A stretch of 64,000 bases of DNA from Mobula hypostoma (lineage: Eukaryota): contig NC_086097.1 in NCBI RefSeq assembly GCF_963921235.1, forward strand, positions 202,494,001 to 202,558,000, read 5' to 3'. Below, one piece after another: positions 51,286-64,000 of this stretch. The notes under the pieces are model-generated. The model was given only the letters and a program-made list of their open reading frames with translations. It was not told where the DNA came from and did no database searches. The stretch's first letter is position 1, and every line of letters begins with the position of its first letter. The translations under genes and the position numbers were made by a program.

Positions 51286-52490
51286 ATGGCTCTCTGCACG
51301 GCTTTAGACCATCTGGACAACACAAACACCTACGTCAGGATGCTGTTCATCAACTGTAGCTCAGCATTTAATACCATCATTACCACAATCCTGATTGAGA
51401 AGTTGCAGAACCTGGGCCTCTGTACCTCCCTCTGCAATTGGATCCTCGACTTCCTAACTGGAAGATCACAATCTGTGCAGATTGGTGATAACATATCCTC
51501 CTTGCTGACGATCAACACGGGCGCACCTCAGGGGTGTGTGCTTAGCCCACTGCTCTTCAATCTATATACACATGACTGTGTGGCTAGGCGTAGCTCAAAT
51601 AACATCTATAAATTTGCTGATGATACAACCATTGTTGGTAGAATCTCAGGTGGTGACAAGAGGGTGTACAGGAGTGAGATATGCCAACTACTGGAGTGGT
51701 GCCGCAGCAACAACCTGGCAATTGAAGTCAGTAAGATGAAAGAACTGATTGTGGATTTCAGGAAGGGTAAGATGAAGGAACACACACCATTCCTCATAGA
51801 GAGATCAGAAGTGGAGAGATTGAACAGCTTCAAGTTCCTGGGTGTCAAGTTCTCTGAGGATCTAACCTGGTCCCAACGTGTCGATGTAGTTATAAGGAAA
51901 GCAAGACAGTGGCTATAATTTATTAGGAGTTTGAAGAGATTTGGCATGTCAACAAATACACTCAAAAACTTCTATAGATGTACCATGGAGAGCATTCTGA
52001 CAGACTGCATCACTGTCTAGTATGGAGGGACTACTGGCACAGGACTGAAAGAAGCTGCAGAAGGTTGTAAATCTAGTCAGCTCCATCTTGGGTACTAGCC
52101 TACAAAGTACCCAGGACATCTTCAAGGAGTGGTGTCGCAGAAAGGCAGCGTTCATTATTAAGGACCTCCAGCATCCAGGCCATGCCCTTTTCTCACTGTT
52201 ACCATCAGGTAGGAGATACAGAAGCCTGAAGGCACACACTCAGTGATTCAGGAACAGCTTCTTCCCCTCTGCCATCCGATTCCTAAATGGACATTGAATC
52301 TTTGGACACTACCTCACTATTTTTTTAATATACATTATTTCTGTTTTTCCACTTTTTTAAATCTATTCAATATACGTAATTGATTTACTTTATTTTTTTC
52401 TCTGCTAGATTATGTATTGCATTGACCTGCTGCTGCTAAGTTAACAAATTTCACGTCACATGCCAGTGATAATAAACCTGATTCTGATTT
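51286..52490 (+). mobile_element. Rex1/Babar-like LINE RT and 3' end (relatively well preserved)
   Basis: 210-aa ORF with [30 protein letters not shown] and KFADDTT; tail AATAAACCTGATTCTGATT. Confidence 0.92.
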
Positions 52491-52714
52491 GATTCTTCCT
52501 CAATTATTTCTTCCCAGTGGATGCGCAACTCCTTCCTGAATCCTAGTGTGGATTAGTTTCTCTAGAAGCAAAATTGCGTGGAAAAGAATCGACACTGTAC
52601 ATTTTTTTTTTAAATCTGACTCAAAACTTTGACTCCATCTGCTAGGAGGGACAATGGATCATTGTCCTCAAATTTAACTGTCCACAGAAACTTGGCTCTG
52701 TTTTATGTTTGCTT

Positions 52715-53225
52715 CATAGAATCATAAAGTCATAGAGCACTACAGCACAAAAACAGACCCACCAGCCCCTTAGGCTGTGCCAAACTGTTATTCTTCCTAG
52801 TGCCATCAACCTGCTTCTGTACTATAGCCCTCCATACTCCCCCCATCCTTACACTTACCCAAACTTCTCTTAAGTATTGCAATCAAACTCACGTCCACGA
52901 CTTCCATTGCCACCTCCTTCCACATTTGCACCACACTCTGAAGAAAATTCTTCAAACGTTTCCCTCATTTTACCCTTAACCTATGATCTTGAGTTCTAGT
53001 CTTGCCCAACCTCAATGTATAAAGCCTGCTTGCATTTACCGTAAATATACCCCTCATAATTATGTATACCTCTCTCAAATCTCTCCTCATTCTCCCTGGT
53101 TCCAGGAAATAAAAACCTAACCTAATCATGCTTTCCCTGTAACTCAGATCTTCAAGTTTGGGCAACATCTTTCTAAATTTTCTCTGTACCGTACTCTTTC
53201 AATCTTATTGTTATAGTTCCTGTAG
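52715..53225 (-). mobile_element. CR1 3' end
   Basis: MLPKLEDLSYRE...RMRRDLREVYIIMRG. Confidence 0.8.
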
Positions 53226-53329
53226 CTAGGAAAGATTATGATAGTAAGTAGGCCATAATATAAACCAGTAGATCCAAAGTGGATCCAATCTCAGTGAAAA
53301 CCATTTTCAAACAACACCTGAATTGCCAT

Positions 53330-54270
53330 TCACCTGACAATGTTCTTGAAATTCGTATCACTACTGTTTCAGTATTCAGGCAGCAGTATGTAACCAACAC
53401 TTGCATATGAACATGTATGTGTCAAGTCTTCATGAACTTCATCGGTTCACTTAAGTATAGAAGATAGACCAAGATTCCCCCATCAACTTGTTCCTGCTAT
53501 ACATCAACATACGCTAACAATAATGTTTCATGAAAGAAATTCAGGAAAACATTGACCACTTCTCTTACCCTGGGAGCTACTACACTGCAAGGACATGTAT
53601 TTTTGGCAAAATCCACTATTGCCTTCAAAGTATCAGAATGGCCTTTGGATGATTGAAGAAAAAGCTGTTTGAAGATAAGACCTTGAAACTGATACTAAAC
53701 TCACGATCCACCAGGTAGCAGTGATCCCTGCTCTCCTGTAATGTTTCTGAGATCTGACTGTACACCGTAGGCACTGAAAATTTACTGCCAACTCTGTTTC
53801 CTTAAAATCCTCTAAATACGTTAGTAGTATAAGTGAACCAATTGCATGATCTGCCCCATTCAGTAGGCTACTTTGTTCACATGTACAAACCAGAGTTCTA
53901 ATCAGGTATTCTGTTCCAGGCTCTGTCACAGGAAGAGATTACCAGAGGAAAAGATTCAAGAATTTACTCAAAGCTTTCTTGGAGAAAACTGCAACATACA
54001 CATTGGCTTCTGGAAATCCCGTCCCATGATGCTCAAAATGGAAAAGGAGCATTTGGGATGGCACTGAGAACCTCATGTCCATGTGTTAGGAACACACATA
54101 AATCCAGTGTAAACAGCAAAAGAAGTGCAAAAAGTACCTGGCTATCTGGTATCTCATCTCATTTATCAAACAGTTTGTGGTTTCCACATTTGCTTCCTTA
54201 GCCACATCGGAACTCAAAGAATTGTAATGGGGGCAAGTCATGCTCAATCTCTAAGGACTGACTAAAAGAA
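53330..54270 (+). mobile_element. Very degenerate RTE-clade LINE (related pieces near 51000-51270 and 52500-52700)
   Basis: HFSYPGS, TKLTIHQVAVIPALL and FWKECFEDHLN-like motifs. Confidence 0.55.
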
Positions 54271-54524
54271 AGAATGTGACTCCTTTGCATACGGGCCTAA
54301 AATATCTATTAATATTAAGGTGTTTGTAAATTCTACACCAAGTCAGACATGGCATTTAATACAAGCAGTATTACTCGTGAATCCTTGCAACATATGGATC
54401 CAGCAATGGGGTGCAGTGACAGCTGACACTCAATTGCTCTCAGACTTTGTTATTGACAGTATGAATGAAGTTATCAGATTGTAACCTTCAGCTCCAGCTA
54501 GGCAGACTTGCCCTACTGCAATGA

Positions 54525-55970
54525 GAATCAGGTTTAATATCACTGGCATATGTCATTGTTGTTTTGTGGCTGTGATACACTTTTTAAAAAAATATGAATT
54601 AGAATAAGAAAAATACACATATATATTCAAAGATTCAAAGTACATTTATTATCAATGAATGTATAAATTATACTACCTTGAGATTTGTCTGCTTACAGTT
54701 AGCCACAAAGCAAGAAATCTGAAAGGACCCAATCGAAAAAAGTAACAATAGACAATAGGTGCAGGAGTCAGCCATTAACCACTAACCACCAATGCACAAT
54801 GCATATGTGTGTGTGTGTGTGTATGTATATATATATATAAATAAAATAGATTAAATAAGTAGTGCAAGAAGAGAACAAAGAAAAGAGGTAGTATATATGG
54901 GTTCATTGTCCATTCAGAAATCTGATGGCAGAGGGGAAGAAGCTGTTCCTAAAATGTTGAGTATGTGCCTTCAAGCTTCTGTACCTCCTCCTTGATGGTA
55001 GCAATGAGGAGAGAGTATGTCCTGGGTGATAGGGTCCCGAATGATGGATGCCCCCATTTTGAGGCAGTGCCTTTGAAGATGTCCTTGATGCTGGAGAGGT
55101 GATTGCCCATGATAGAACTGACTGAGTTTGCAACTCTCTGCATCTTTATCCGACCCTGTGCAATGGCAGATTGATGTAACCAGTTAGAATGCTCTCCATG
55201 GTACTTCTGTAGAAACTTGTGAGAGCCTTTGGTGACATACGAAAGCTCCTCAAACTCCTAATGAAATGCAGCTGCTATTGTGTCTTATTTGTAATTGCAT
55301 CAATATGTTAGGCCCAGGATAGATCCCAGAGATCTTCAGGGACTTAAAACTGCCCACCCTTTCCATTGCTGATCTCTCAGTGAGGATTGATGTGTATTCC
55401 CTCTACTTCCCCTACCTGAATTCAACAATCAAATCATTGGTCTTTCTGAAATTGAGTACAAGGTTGTTGTTGTGATGCCATTCAACCAGCTGATCTCACT
55501 ATCTCACCCCTGTATACCTCCTCATCACCATCTGAAATTCTGCCAACTCTAGTTGTGTCATTGGCAAATTTATAGACGGTGTTTGAGATGTGCCTCACCA
55601 CAATGTCATGGGAGTAGAGAGGGTAGAGCGGTGGGCTAAGCAGTGATCCTTGAGGTACACGATATTGATTGTCGGTGAGGAGATGTTATTTCTGATCTGC
55701 ACTGATAGTGGTCTCACAATGATCCATTTGCAGAGGGTGGTACAGAGGCCCAGGTTTTGGTGCCTGTGATTAGCACCGAGAGTATGATGATGTTGAACAC
55801 TGAGCTATAATCAATAAACTGCAGATAGATGTAGGTATTACTATTGTCAAGGAAAGTTGAGTGGAGGGCCAGGGAGATTGCATTCCACTGTAGACCTATT
55901 ATGGCAATAGGCAAATTGCAGTAGGTCCAGGTCCTTGCTTAAGCAGGAGTTGATTCTGACCATGAAAAAA
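54525..55970 (-). mobile_element. Rex1/Babar-like LINE 3' part
   Basis: LPSRRRYRSLKAHTQHFRNSFFPSAIRFLN and FIDYSSVFN motifs. Confidence 0.85.
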
Positions 55971-56019
55971 CTTAGATCAGCTCCAATCATCAGAAATAAC
56001 ATCTCCTCACTATCATCCA

Positions 56020-56367
56020 GTAGAACTTACATCCATTGTGATGAAGTGCTTTGAAGGGTTGGTAATGAAATATATCAACTCCTGCCTGGGGAGAAACATG
56101 GATCCACTCCAATTTGCCTACTGTTACAATAGGTCCACAGCATATGCCATTTCATGTGCATGTATCAGGATGTTCTTCATTGACTACAGCTCAGCATGTA
56201 ATACAATCCTTACCTCAAAACTAGTCAATAAGCTTCAAGACCTTGGCCTCAATGCCTCCTTGTGCAATTGGATCCTTGATTTCCTCACTTGCAGACCCGA
56301 ATCAGTTTGGATTGGCATAAACATCTCCACCACAATCTCCATCAGTACAGGTGCACCACAGGGCTGT
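56020..56367 (+). mobile_element. Rex1/Babar-like RT fragment
   Basis: MKCFEGLV...DPLQFAY...FIDYSSA...TGAPQGC; a matching 3' UTR-like piece follows at about 58385-58630. Confidence 0.85.
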
Positions 56368-56585
56368 GATGGATATTCGCTTCTCTCTCATTTTTGCTAA
56401 GCTTGCTTTCTAAATAGCAGCTGCCATTTGAAAGGTCACAACTTGATTTGGTGTCCACCCACAACTTGCATGCAACATCCCCTGCAATGAAGGCAATTGA
56501 AAGTGAATTAAGAAATGTACTGGATGATACCACAAGAGTCTCCATGCCAAACACCATGAACCATTCCCCAACAGAAGACAAACTG

Positions 56586-57185
56586 GTGTTGGTGCCAACC
56601 TCTGAGTCTTTGGTTGGAAAACAATATTGAACCGCGGAAGGATCATGCTGCTCAGAGTGAAAATGATGAAAGTAGTGGTCCGACTACAACAGTTTTATAG
56701 GCAACATATCTGAGAAATCTTTTGACATGTTAATTAGGCAGTTACTTGCAAAATGTGGCTTGGCTTTAAGCTCAAAGAGAGTTCAAGGAGCTTCAGGAGA
56801 GTTGCAAACATTCGGCTTTTGTAAGTATAAAGAACCAGAATCTACACGGTATGTATTAAGGTTATTGCATGAACTTAAAGTGGCAGACAAAATGTTGCTT
56901 GTTAAAGTAGATGCACATACTAAAGCCCAGCTGGATGAGTGGAAGGCCAAACAGAAAGGAGTCAATGAAAATACAAAAACAGAGGATTCATCAGATGATG
57001 TTATGGATGCAGGACCCAACACTAGAGATCAGATCGTAAAGGGAGCAAGATGCATAAACTAGAAGAAGAAAAAGAAGGGAAGAGATGGAGAGAGAGAGAG
57101 AGAGAGAGAGAGAATGTGAATGAGAAAGAAAGGTGTGAAAGAGAGAAGGAACTAAGAAAGAAAAAGAAAGGGATCAAAGTAGATT
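56586..57185 (+). pseudogene. RBM25: Processed pseudogene fragment of RNA-binding motif protein 25 (RRM and start of the RE/RD-rich region)
   Basis: Intronless VLVPT...RKDH...ENDESSGPTTTV / GNISEKSFDMLIRQLLAKCGL...VQGASG...FGFCKYKEPEST...VKVDAHTKAQLDEWKAK, then HKLEEEK...RERERE; has a stop, a frameshift and an internal deletion. Confidence 0.93.
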
Positions 57186-57189
57186 CAGA

Positions 57190-58384
57190 GAGAGAAAAGA
57201 AGACGAAAGATGTCCAGAGCTGTCAGAACCACTTCCTGCAGTCTCAGAGTCAACTCCTACAACCACCATGAAGGATGCCCGAGAACCTGAAATTGTTTCA
57301 CAGCTGCAAGTCTCGCAGATCAAGCGGAGTGTTCCCCCTTGTCAGGAAAGGCATTATCCCACAAGGGTAGGAAATAATCCACAATTTAATCTTTAAGCCT
57401 GAATGGGACAATTTTAAATTTACTATGGTTCGGATGTCTGTATATAGTAGTTGCACCAGATAACATACTGTGCAGATTGTTGCGATGCATTTTCCATTGA
57501 GTTGGAGTTTATAGCTAAGCAGGGAGGAGTTTTGTGTATTTAATATTTCATTAATACGAGGGGTGATTGATAAGTTCATGGCCTAAGGTAGAAGGAGTCA
57601 ATTTTAGAAAACCTAGCACATTTATTTTTCAACATAGTCCTCTCCTACATTTACACACTTAGTCCAGCGGTCGTGGAGCATACGGATCTTAGACCTCCAG
57701 AAAATGTCCACAGATGGGCGATTGATAAGTTCGTGGCCTAAGGTAGAAGGAGATGAGTTATACAGCTCTCGTTATATGCACATGCAGGTCAACTCTTTGA
57801 GTGATTATGCAGAAAGTTTGAAGTTAATAACTCAACTCCTTCTACCTTAGGCCACAAACTTATCAATCACCCCTGACGAGTTATTAACTTCAAACTTTCC
57901 GCATCATCACTCAAGGAGTTGAACTGCATGTGCATGTAACAAGAGCTGTATAACTCATCTCCTTCTACCTTAGACCACGGACTTATCAATCACCCCTGCT
58001 GTGGACACTTTCTGGAGGTCCAAGATCCGTATGTTCCACGACCGCTGGACTAAGTGTGTAAATGTAGGAGGGGACTATGTTGAAAAATAAATGTGCGGGG
58101 TTTTCTAAAATTGACTCCTTCTACCTTGGGTCACGAACTTATCAATCAGCCTTCGTATTTGGGTGATCTTGTGTGTGTGTATATATATAGTTTGATTAAG
58201 TATTCTTGTTTGTTTAAATAAGTAATTACAGGTTATATGTATAAATATGTTAATTGAATACATCATCACTATACCATGTGATATTTGCGCACCTCGCTTT
58301 AACTAAAGACAAAGCCACACCCGCATTCCTGGAGTCCAATGTCTTCTTTGAATTAACAATGTTTTGATCTTACAAAACATAACA
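57190..58384 (+). mobile_element. Gypsy-like LTR retrotransposon 3' end (pol C-terminus, PPT, 3' LTR at 57530-58384)
   Basis: ...ERHYPTRVGNNPQFNL*; polypurine tract AGGGAGGAG at 57521-29; LTR TTTTGTG...CATAACA with imperfect terminal inverted repeat. Confidence 0.7.
57557..58155. mobile_element. Mariner-derived fold-back MITE (same family as 19715-20213), inserted in the LTR
   Basis: TA flanks; CGAGGGGTGATTGATAAGTT terminus; five copies of the terminal unit. Confidence 0.9.
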
Positions 58385-59279
58385 ATTCCCACATCCTATG
58401 GACTCACTTTCAAGGACTCTTCATCTCATGTTCTCTATATTTATTGCTTTTTTTTCTTTTGAATTTGCATAGTCTGTTGTCTTTTGCACATTGGTTGTTT
58501 GTCTGTTCTGTTGGGTGTGGTTTTTCATTGATTCTATTGTGTTTCTTGGATTTGCAGTGTATACCAGCAAGTTAATTTATCTCAGGGTTGTATATGGTGA
58601 CATCTGCAGTGCATGTACTTTGAACTTTGACCAACCTCTCAAAGCACTTCATCACAGTAGATGTGAATGCAACTGGCAATAGTCTTCAAAGGTTTCAAAG
58701 GTACATTTAATATCAGAGAAATGTATACAACATGCATCCCAAAATTCTTTTTCTTCGCAAACATCCATGAAAACAGAGGAATGCCCCAAAGAATGAATGA
58801 CAGTTAAATGTTAGAACCCCAAAGCCCCCCCAGCTTCCCCCTCCCCCTCACAAGCAGCAGCAAAGGCAATACCCACCCCCCCCACCAGCTAAAAAGCATC
58901 GGCACCCCCCACTAAGCACTCAGGCGTACAGCAAAGAATCAATAAAGACACAGACTTGCAGTACCCCAAAGATTACTCGTTCACCTGGTAATTCAACATA
59001 CCACAGGCTCTCTCTCCCTAATAAGGGGAAAAAAAGATGTCCCCGTTTCACAACGAGAGGGGAGACATAACAAACAACTCGCTGATTTACGATATTAAAA
59101 GTCTGTTGCATTGCTTCTTCCGAGCTCTGTGCCCAAAGAACTCAGGTCTCTAGGCACACAGCCAGTAGCCAGCTCGCTGCTTTCAATTTCCATCTCCCAC
59201 GACACACCAATTTCCTGCAGCGACACTGACTTCAAGTCTGCCTGCCTCCAGAGCCACAAAATCCTGGGACCCTGAAGTC

Positions 59280-60310
59280 TTCTTGGCAGCGCACCGTGTT
59301 CTTTTGGGCACTGATATGATTGTCACCCTTTTGAAGCAGGTGGGAAACTCGAAATGCAGCAGTGGGAGCTTGAAGATGTCCTTGAACATTCCTGCCAGTT
59401 GATTGGCACAGATTTTCAGTGCCCTATCAGGTACACCATCAGGATCTGATGCCTTGCCAGGGTTCACCCTCATGAAAGACATTTTGATGTCAGCCTCCGA
59501 GACAGAGATTGTAGGGTTACTGGATGCTGCAGGCATTTGCACAGGTGTAGATTTATTCTCCCTTTCAAAGCTTACATTAAAGGTGTTGATCTCATCTGAG
59601 AGTGAACCATCGCAGCCATTCACGATGTTAGGTTTCACTTTGTAGGCTTGCAGACACTGCCAGAGCTGGTGCGTATCCAAATTCCATCTCTAACTTCAAT
59701 CGCAATTGTTTATTCGCTCTTAAAATAGCCTTCTGTAGGTCATACCTGGTCTTCTTGTATTGTTTTGGATCACCGGTCATGAACAGCACAGATCTATCCC
59801 TCAGCCAGACCATGAATCTTCTGGTTCAGGCTTTTGGTTTGGGTATGCCCAATATGATCTTGAAGGCACACATTCATCCACATAGGTGTGGATGAAGTTG
59901 GTGACAGCTGTGGCGTAGTCATTCAGATTCGAAGATGGAAGTCCTGAATTTTATACAGCCCACTGACTCAAAGCAGTCCTCTAAGAGTTCCTCCACCTCC
60001 CATGACCATACCTTCTTGGTCCTCACCACTGGTGCTGCCGTCTTCAGTCACTGGGAGTAGAAGTACAGTCAGGTGGTAAAATGGGTGACACTTGACTGCT
60101 AGATTGCCGATGTTGGGTGAGCAGAACTGTCACGTCTGTGCACTATGATCAGTTAATCATGAAGTATACTCCACCTCTTCTAGCTTTAAAAGACTCAGCT
60201 GTCCTATCTTTGCGGTGAATGATGAAGCCCTTAGGCAGCCGTACTGCATCTGGAATGGCGGGCGGTGAGTCATTGTTCTGTGAAGCAAAATACACCACAG
60301 TCCGTGATTT
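59280..60310 (-). mobile_element. Rex1/Babar-like LINE fragment
   Basis: VNPGKASDPDGVPDRALKICANQLAGMFKDIF. Confidence 0.85.
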
Positions 60311-61835
60311 CCCAATGTTCATTCTGTATTGGTGAGATTAAGTCACAATACAATTACCACAGCAATGGCAGGAAAGCATATCTAACTTTATTCATACATA
60401 TTTTAATTCCAAGATTTTGATAAAACTCCTTTTCTTGGTGTTTGCATTATTTAATTTCTTAGTAATATACCATAGATGGAGATGAATAGGAGTCCCATGA
60501 AGACCAGTGTTCATATTATGACCTTGTTGGCTTTATTAATGAAAACCACTCCTGAGGTAATGATCTTCAAACAAAAGATCCTCAATCAATCAAAAGCTAT
60601 GCTGACAATTGAAGACAATATTAATTTCAGCACTGATGTGCAGTTAGCCAGGATGTGACTCCCAAGGTATGAGACGTGGTCCTTGTTGCCCAGAATCTTG
60701 CCATTGAGGGTCATAGAGTTCTGCAGCATAGACAAGGTTGCTTCAGCCTACTATATCTATGCTGTACTTTGTACCTATGCACATTAATCCCATTAGGTCT
60801 GTAGTCTTAGCCTTGGCAACTAAAATACCCGTCTAGGTGCTTTTTTAAATACTGTGACAATATTTGCCTCCAGTACCCCTTCAAACAGTGCATTCAAGGT
60901 TCCAGGTATCCTACTGAGGAAAAACATCCCCTTTGTATCCCCTCTAAACATATCACCTTAAACTTCTTCAACACCCCCAACATGGGATTTACCCTATCAT
61001 GTGAATGCTTTTGTTATAAAAATAAATAAAATTGGCTTAAATCTGGCATTGTGAAGGTGGAGACTTTACAAAGCGTTGAAGATGGTTGTGAATGCTTGAG
61101 CCTTGTGTTGCTACTTCATTACAACTTTAAAAAATGAAAACATCTTACACATTCCCCCCAAACTTCTCTTTCTGCACTCCAAAGGAGTTTTTTTTTCTGT
61201 TACTGCCTGGTTCATATTTTCATCTCCAGCTTCACCACTCCCCTTCTCAAGGCACTTTGTCATGAAAACACATGAGATGCACTATCCTGGGAACCAAATT
61301 CTCCTTCCGAGTGAAATTGAAACTCACTTGAACTCCATCCAATTCAGGGCATAGTATTTGGGTCTCGTGAGGTAGTTTCCTTTATGTTGGATAAAACAAT
61401 GACGGACTACCATCATTCGGTCTGCCTGGGTGACCCTGAACATACAGTTGCCTGTCACTTTGATCCACATCCACATTATGTCCCTTCTGTCTTTGGCCTG
61501 TTACACTGTTCCATCAAAGGCTCAAATATAGTTCTGCTTCTGTCCACCACCATCACTGGACAATTTCAGATCATTCACCTTTCCCTGGTCTGTCAGAATT
61601 GATCAGCCCTGATGAAATAGCTGGGTGGCCTGCGTCTGTGGGATAGGAACAGGCTTTTTAGTTCAATGATCTTTGAGGTTGAGGGCTGCTGGTATTAGTA
61701 TTGTTTCTCCCTCTACGAATGCTATCTGGGCCTGCTCCATCTATCCTTTATTATTTCCAACATTTGTTTTTTTTTGTTATATATTTCAGGTTCTAGACAG
61801 TTCTGAAGTAACTCATATAAGAGAAAATTTCTAGG

Positions 61836-61990
61836 AGCTGGAAATCCAAGCAACACACACAAAATGCTGGAGGAACTCAGCAGGCCAGGCAGCATCTATA
61901 AAAAAGAGTAGGGTCGACGTTTCAGGAACTCATTTTTTGTTTCCCTCTCCACAGATGTTGCCTGAGCTAAAGGTCTTCCCCAGCATTCTC
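61836..61990 (-). mobile_element. Penelope-derived short repeat fragment
   Basis: Same arm as 10757; ends CCTGAAACGTCGAC on minus. Confidence 0.6.
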
Positions 61991-62894
61991 TTTTATTACA
62001 TGTTTCGACCAACTACGGTGTTCTGCTTTAGCGGGATTTTTGTTCTCCTTCAGCTCCTCTATTCAGATTTACTGGCAGTGAAAAGCACTCTTCACCCACT
62101 CTCAGCCAGTGCCAACCTGTGGAGCTCTTCTCTATCACAGACATTTCCTTTGTTCTCTGCTGCTTAAAAACCGTCTGTGTTCTTGGTTTTTCCATTCTGA
62201 GAAAAGGTCAGCCTGAAACGTTTCTAACAACTACGTTTTTCTCCCAATATATTCTGCTTGACGTGCTAAATGTTCCAAGCAATTTTTGTTTCCATTTTAG
62301 CAAAAGAACTAATCGATTGACTCTTCGTTCATTACAAACATCTTCCATTCTATCTCCATCTCAATGTAGCTTATAACCCATAATTTCGTTCAAAGAAAAT
62401 GAAAGAAACGTCAGGACATATTTTAATGCACCAATGCTGTATTGTAATACAGATTTACTTGCCAGCGCCGTAATTTTGTTTCTTCAATTCCTTAAATTTC
62501 TAGAACAATGCCGGAGGGTAACAATGCAGTTTGTAATGAATTTAAACAGGGCTGGTCTTGGTTAACTTAAAATTTATTGATTTTTATGACTACTTATGGA
62601 ATATTACGATGATAATTTAAATAGTGGTGTGGGCGAGGCTCGCTGTGAATAATTAAACAGAGCTTTATTATGCAATGGAAAACCTATTCGTAATCAGAAT
62701 CTTTAAATCCGAATATAGAGTCTTGATATAATAGTGGATGCGTATCCATATTCGAGCATTTTTTATTATTTAATAGACGAATGCAATAGTGATGCGATTA
62801 ATCGCAGTTTCTGAGATGGTCAGTACATTTTTAAAAATCGTTCTGAGGCTTTCAATTTTATACTGCGTGTGTACTTCCAAAATGTAACCTTTGT

Positions 62895-63886
62895 TTTCGC
62901 GATGTTCACGCATAAGCAACAAAGGGTGAGGAACAAGGCGTTTCTTGCCCGCAGCTCATTATACCAGAGGCGAGGGGAGATCATCGTGAAGCTGCGAGCA
63001 TCCTGCAGCACTGGGGGATACATCATGTGACGTTGCTCACATTCGGAGTGGCTGCACGTGAGGGTGGGGAGGTCCGCGAGCTGCAATGGGAATTGCCAGG
63101 GAAACGGCGCGGGCGAGCGGCATTCGGTGGGCGCCCGCTGCTTCCAGTGCTCGCCTTGGGCAAACCCAGCGAGAGGGGCGCTATCCCAACACATACACAC
63201 ACTTCACTACAGCACAGGCTTACTAACGTCCCGAGACAGCCTCATCAAACTATTAAAGCCACTCTGAAGAAGTGGAAACATCGTTTGAATATATGTCGAC
63301 TTTTTCCAACCCGTCAACGCAGTAAATTGTACACAAGTCCGAGCAATTCAATAAAAGGCCCCGCCTCCTCTCAGTTAAAACCGGTTTTTGAAAGGAGTTC
63401 TCTATCCCAGGGAAGCACTGGTGCGAGATTTACACGCAAAACAGTAAGTAAAATTCGGTGTCAGCGTGCATTAATGGGTGCCTGGCCGGGTTACAGGGCG
63501 CAGTGTAGCCCCGGACGGTTGGAAACGCCAGGTAGTATCAGTGTGTGCCCTGCACGACACTTGTCTTCGGGCCCGGCTGCTTTGTCATTCAGGAGGTGGG
63601 TGTCAGAAGCTCTCGGGAGAGTTGCAGCCGATGTTTACTGGCAGCTGCTGCTCGCCTGACAGCGGCAGTGGGAGGGAGGTTTCAGAAGGAAACGCAAACA
63701 ACTCGTGTTGGCTACCAAAAGGACACAAAGGCTGAGTCGTGGATTGTGCGTTTACTGCACTTCAAAATGCAAAAATGTTTTAAAAAGATCTCTACAACCT
63801 ACCCGTCCGGGTATCACAAGTGTCAACTGTGCATTTGAGGTTTGCGCGTCAGTGCGAGGGGTTACGGCGAGTGGAAACTCATAAAA
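62895..63886. promoter_or_regulatory. CpG island, probable promoter and first exon of the downstream gene
   Basis: Sharp rise in GC and CpG in a CpG-depleted window; GC box CCCCGCCTCC at 63359-68, E-box CACGTG at 63055-60, TCATGTGAC at 63023-31; + strand donors GTAAGT at 63444 and 63887. Confidence 0.75.
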
Positions 63887-64000
63887 GTAAGTGTAAAACA
63901 CATCAAAGGACTTCCATTTGAATCTTATCACTTTATTTGGATTTGGACACTTTAAATATTTTAGCCCAAAGTTTAGAGCAAGTTTCTCTCATTGAAGGAT

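Noticed and set aside
57557..58155. Repeated unit of about 37 bp with spacers, considered as a CRISPR-like array
   Set aside because: Eukaryotic context; units occur in both orientations, the spacers are inverted copies of each other, and TA flanks indicate a mariner MITE
60470..60565. Exon-like minus-strand segment downstream of the CpG island
   Set aside because: Stops in all three frames and a weak donor
63027..63659. 210-aa ORF in the CpG island
   Set aside because: Non-ATG start, no domain similarity, and long ORFs are expected in GC-rich DNA

Overview
Eukaryotic vertebrate genomic DNA, most likely a cartilaginous fish such as a ray or skate (inferred from the repeat landscape). The + strand carries the 3' part of the alpha-dystrobrevin gene (DTNA): a coiled-coil exon (12003-12099), a 21-nt microexon (12568-12588), exons at 19352-19517, 22213-22302, 38194-38362 and 40263-40395, a 38-nt stop-containing VSLQG* exon (41986-42023), and a terminal exon from 43352. 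If the 38-nt exon is skipped, the terminal exon reads in frame into a 47-aa acidic tail that repeats the S-Y-V-x-T-D-D motif of the preceding exon. Introns and the downstream intergenic region are dense with transposon debris: CR1, Rex/Babar-like and RTE LINEs, an ORF2-deleted L1, Tc1/mariner elements and MITEs, LTRs, SINEs, and many Penelope-derived elements carrying minimal hammerhead-ribozyme motifs. An RBM25 retrocopy sits between Gypsy pol-like segments, suggesting LTR-mediated mRNA capture. The window ends in a CpG island, probably the promoter of the next gene (MAPRE2 by human synteny, not confirmed from this sequence). Repeat boundaries without a stated TSD or TIR are approximate.
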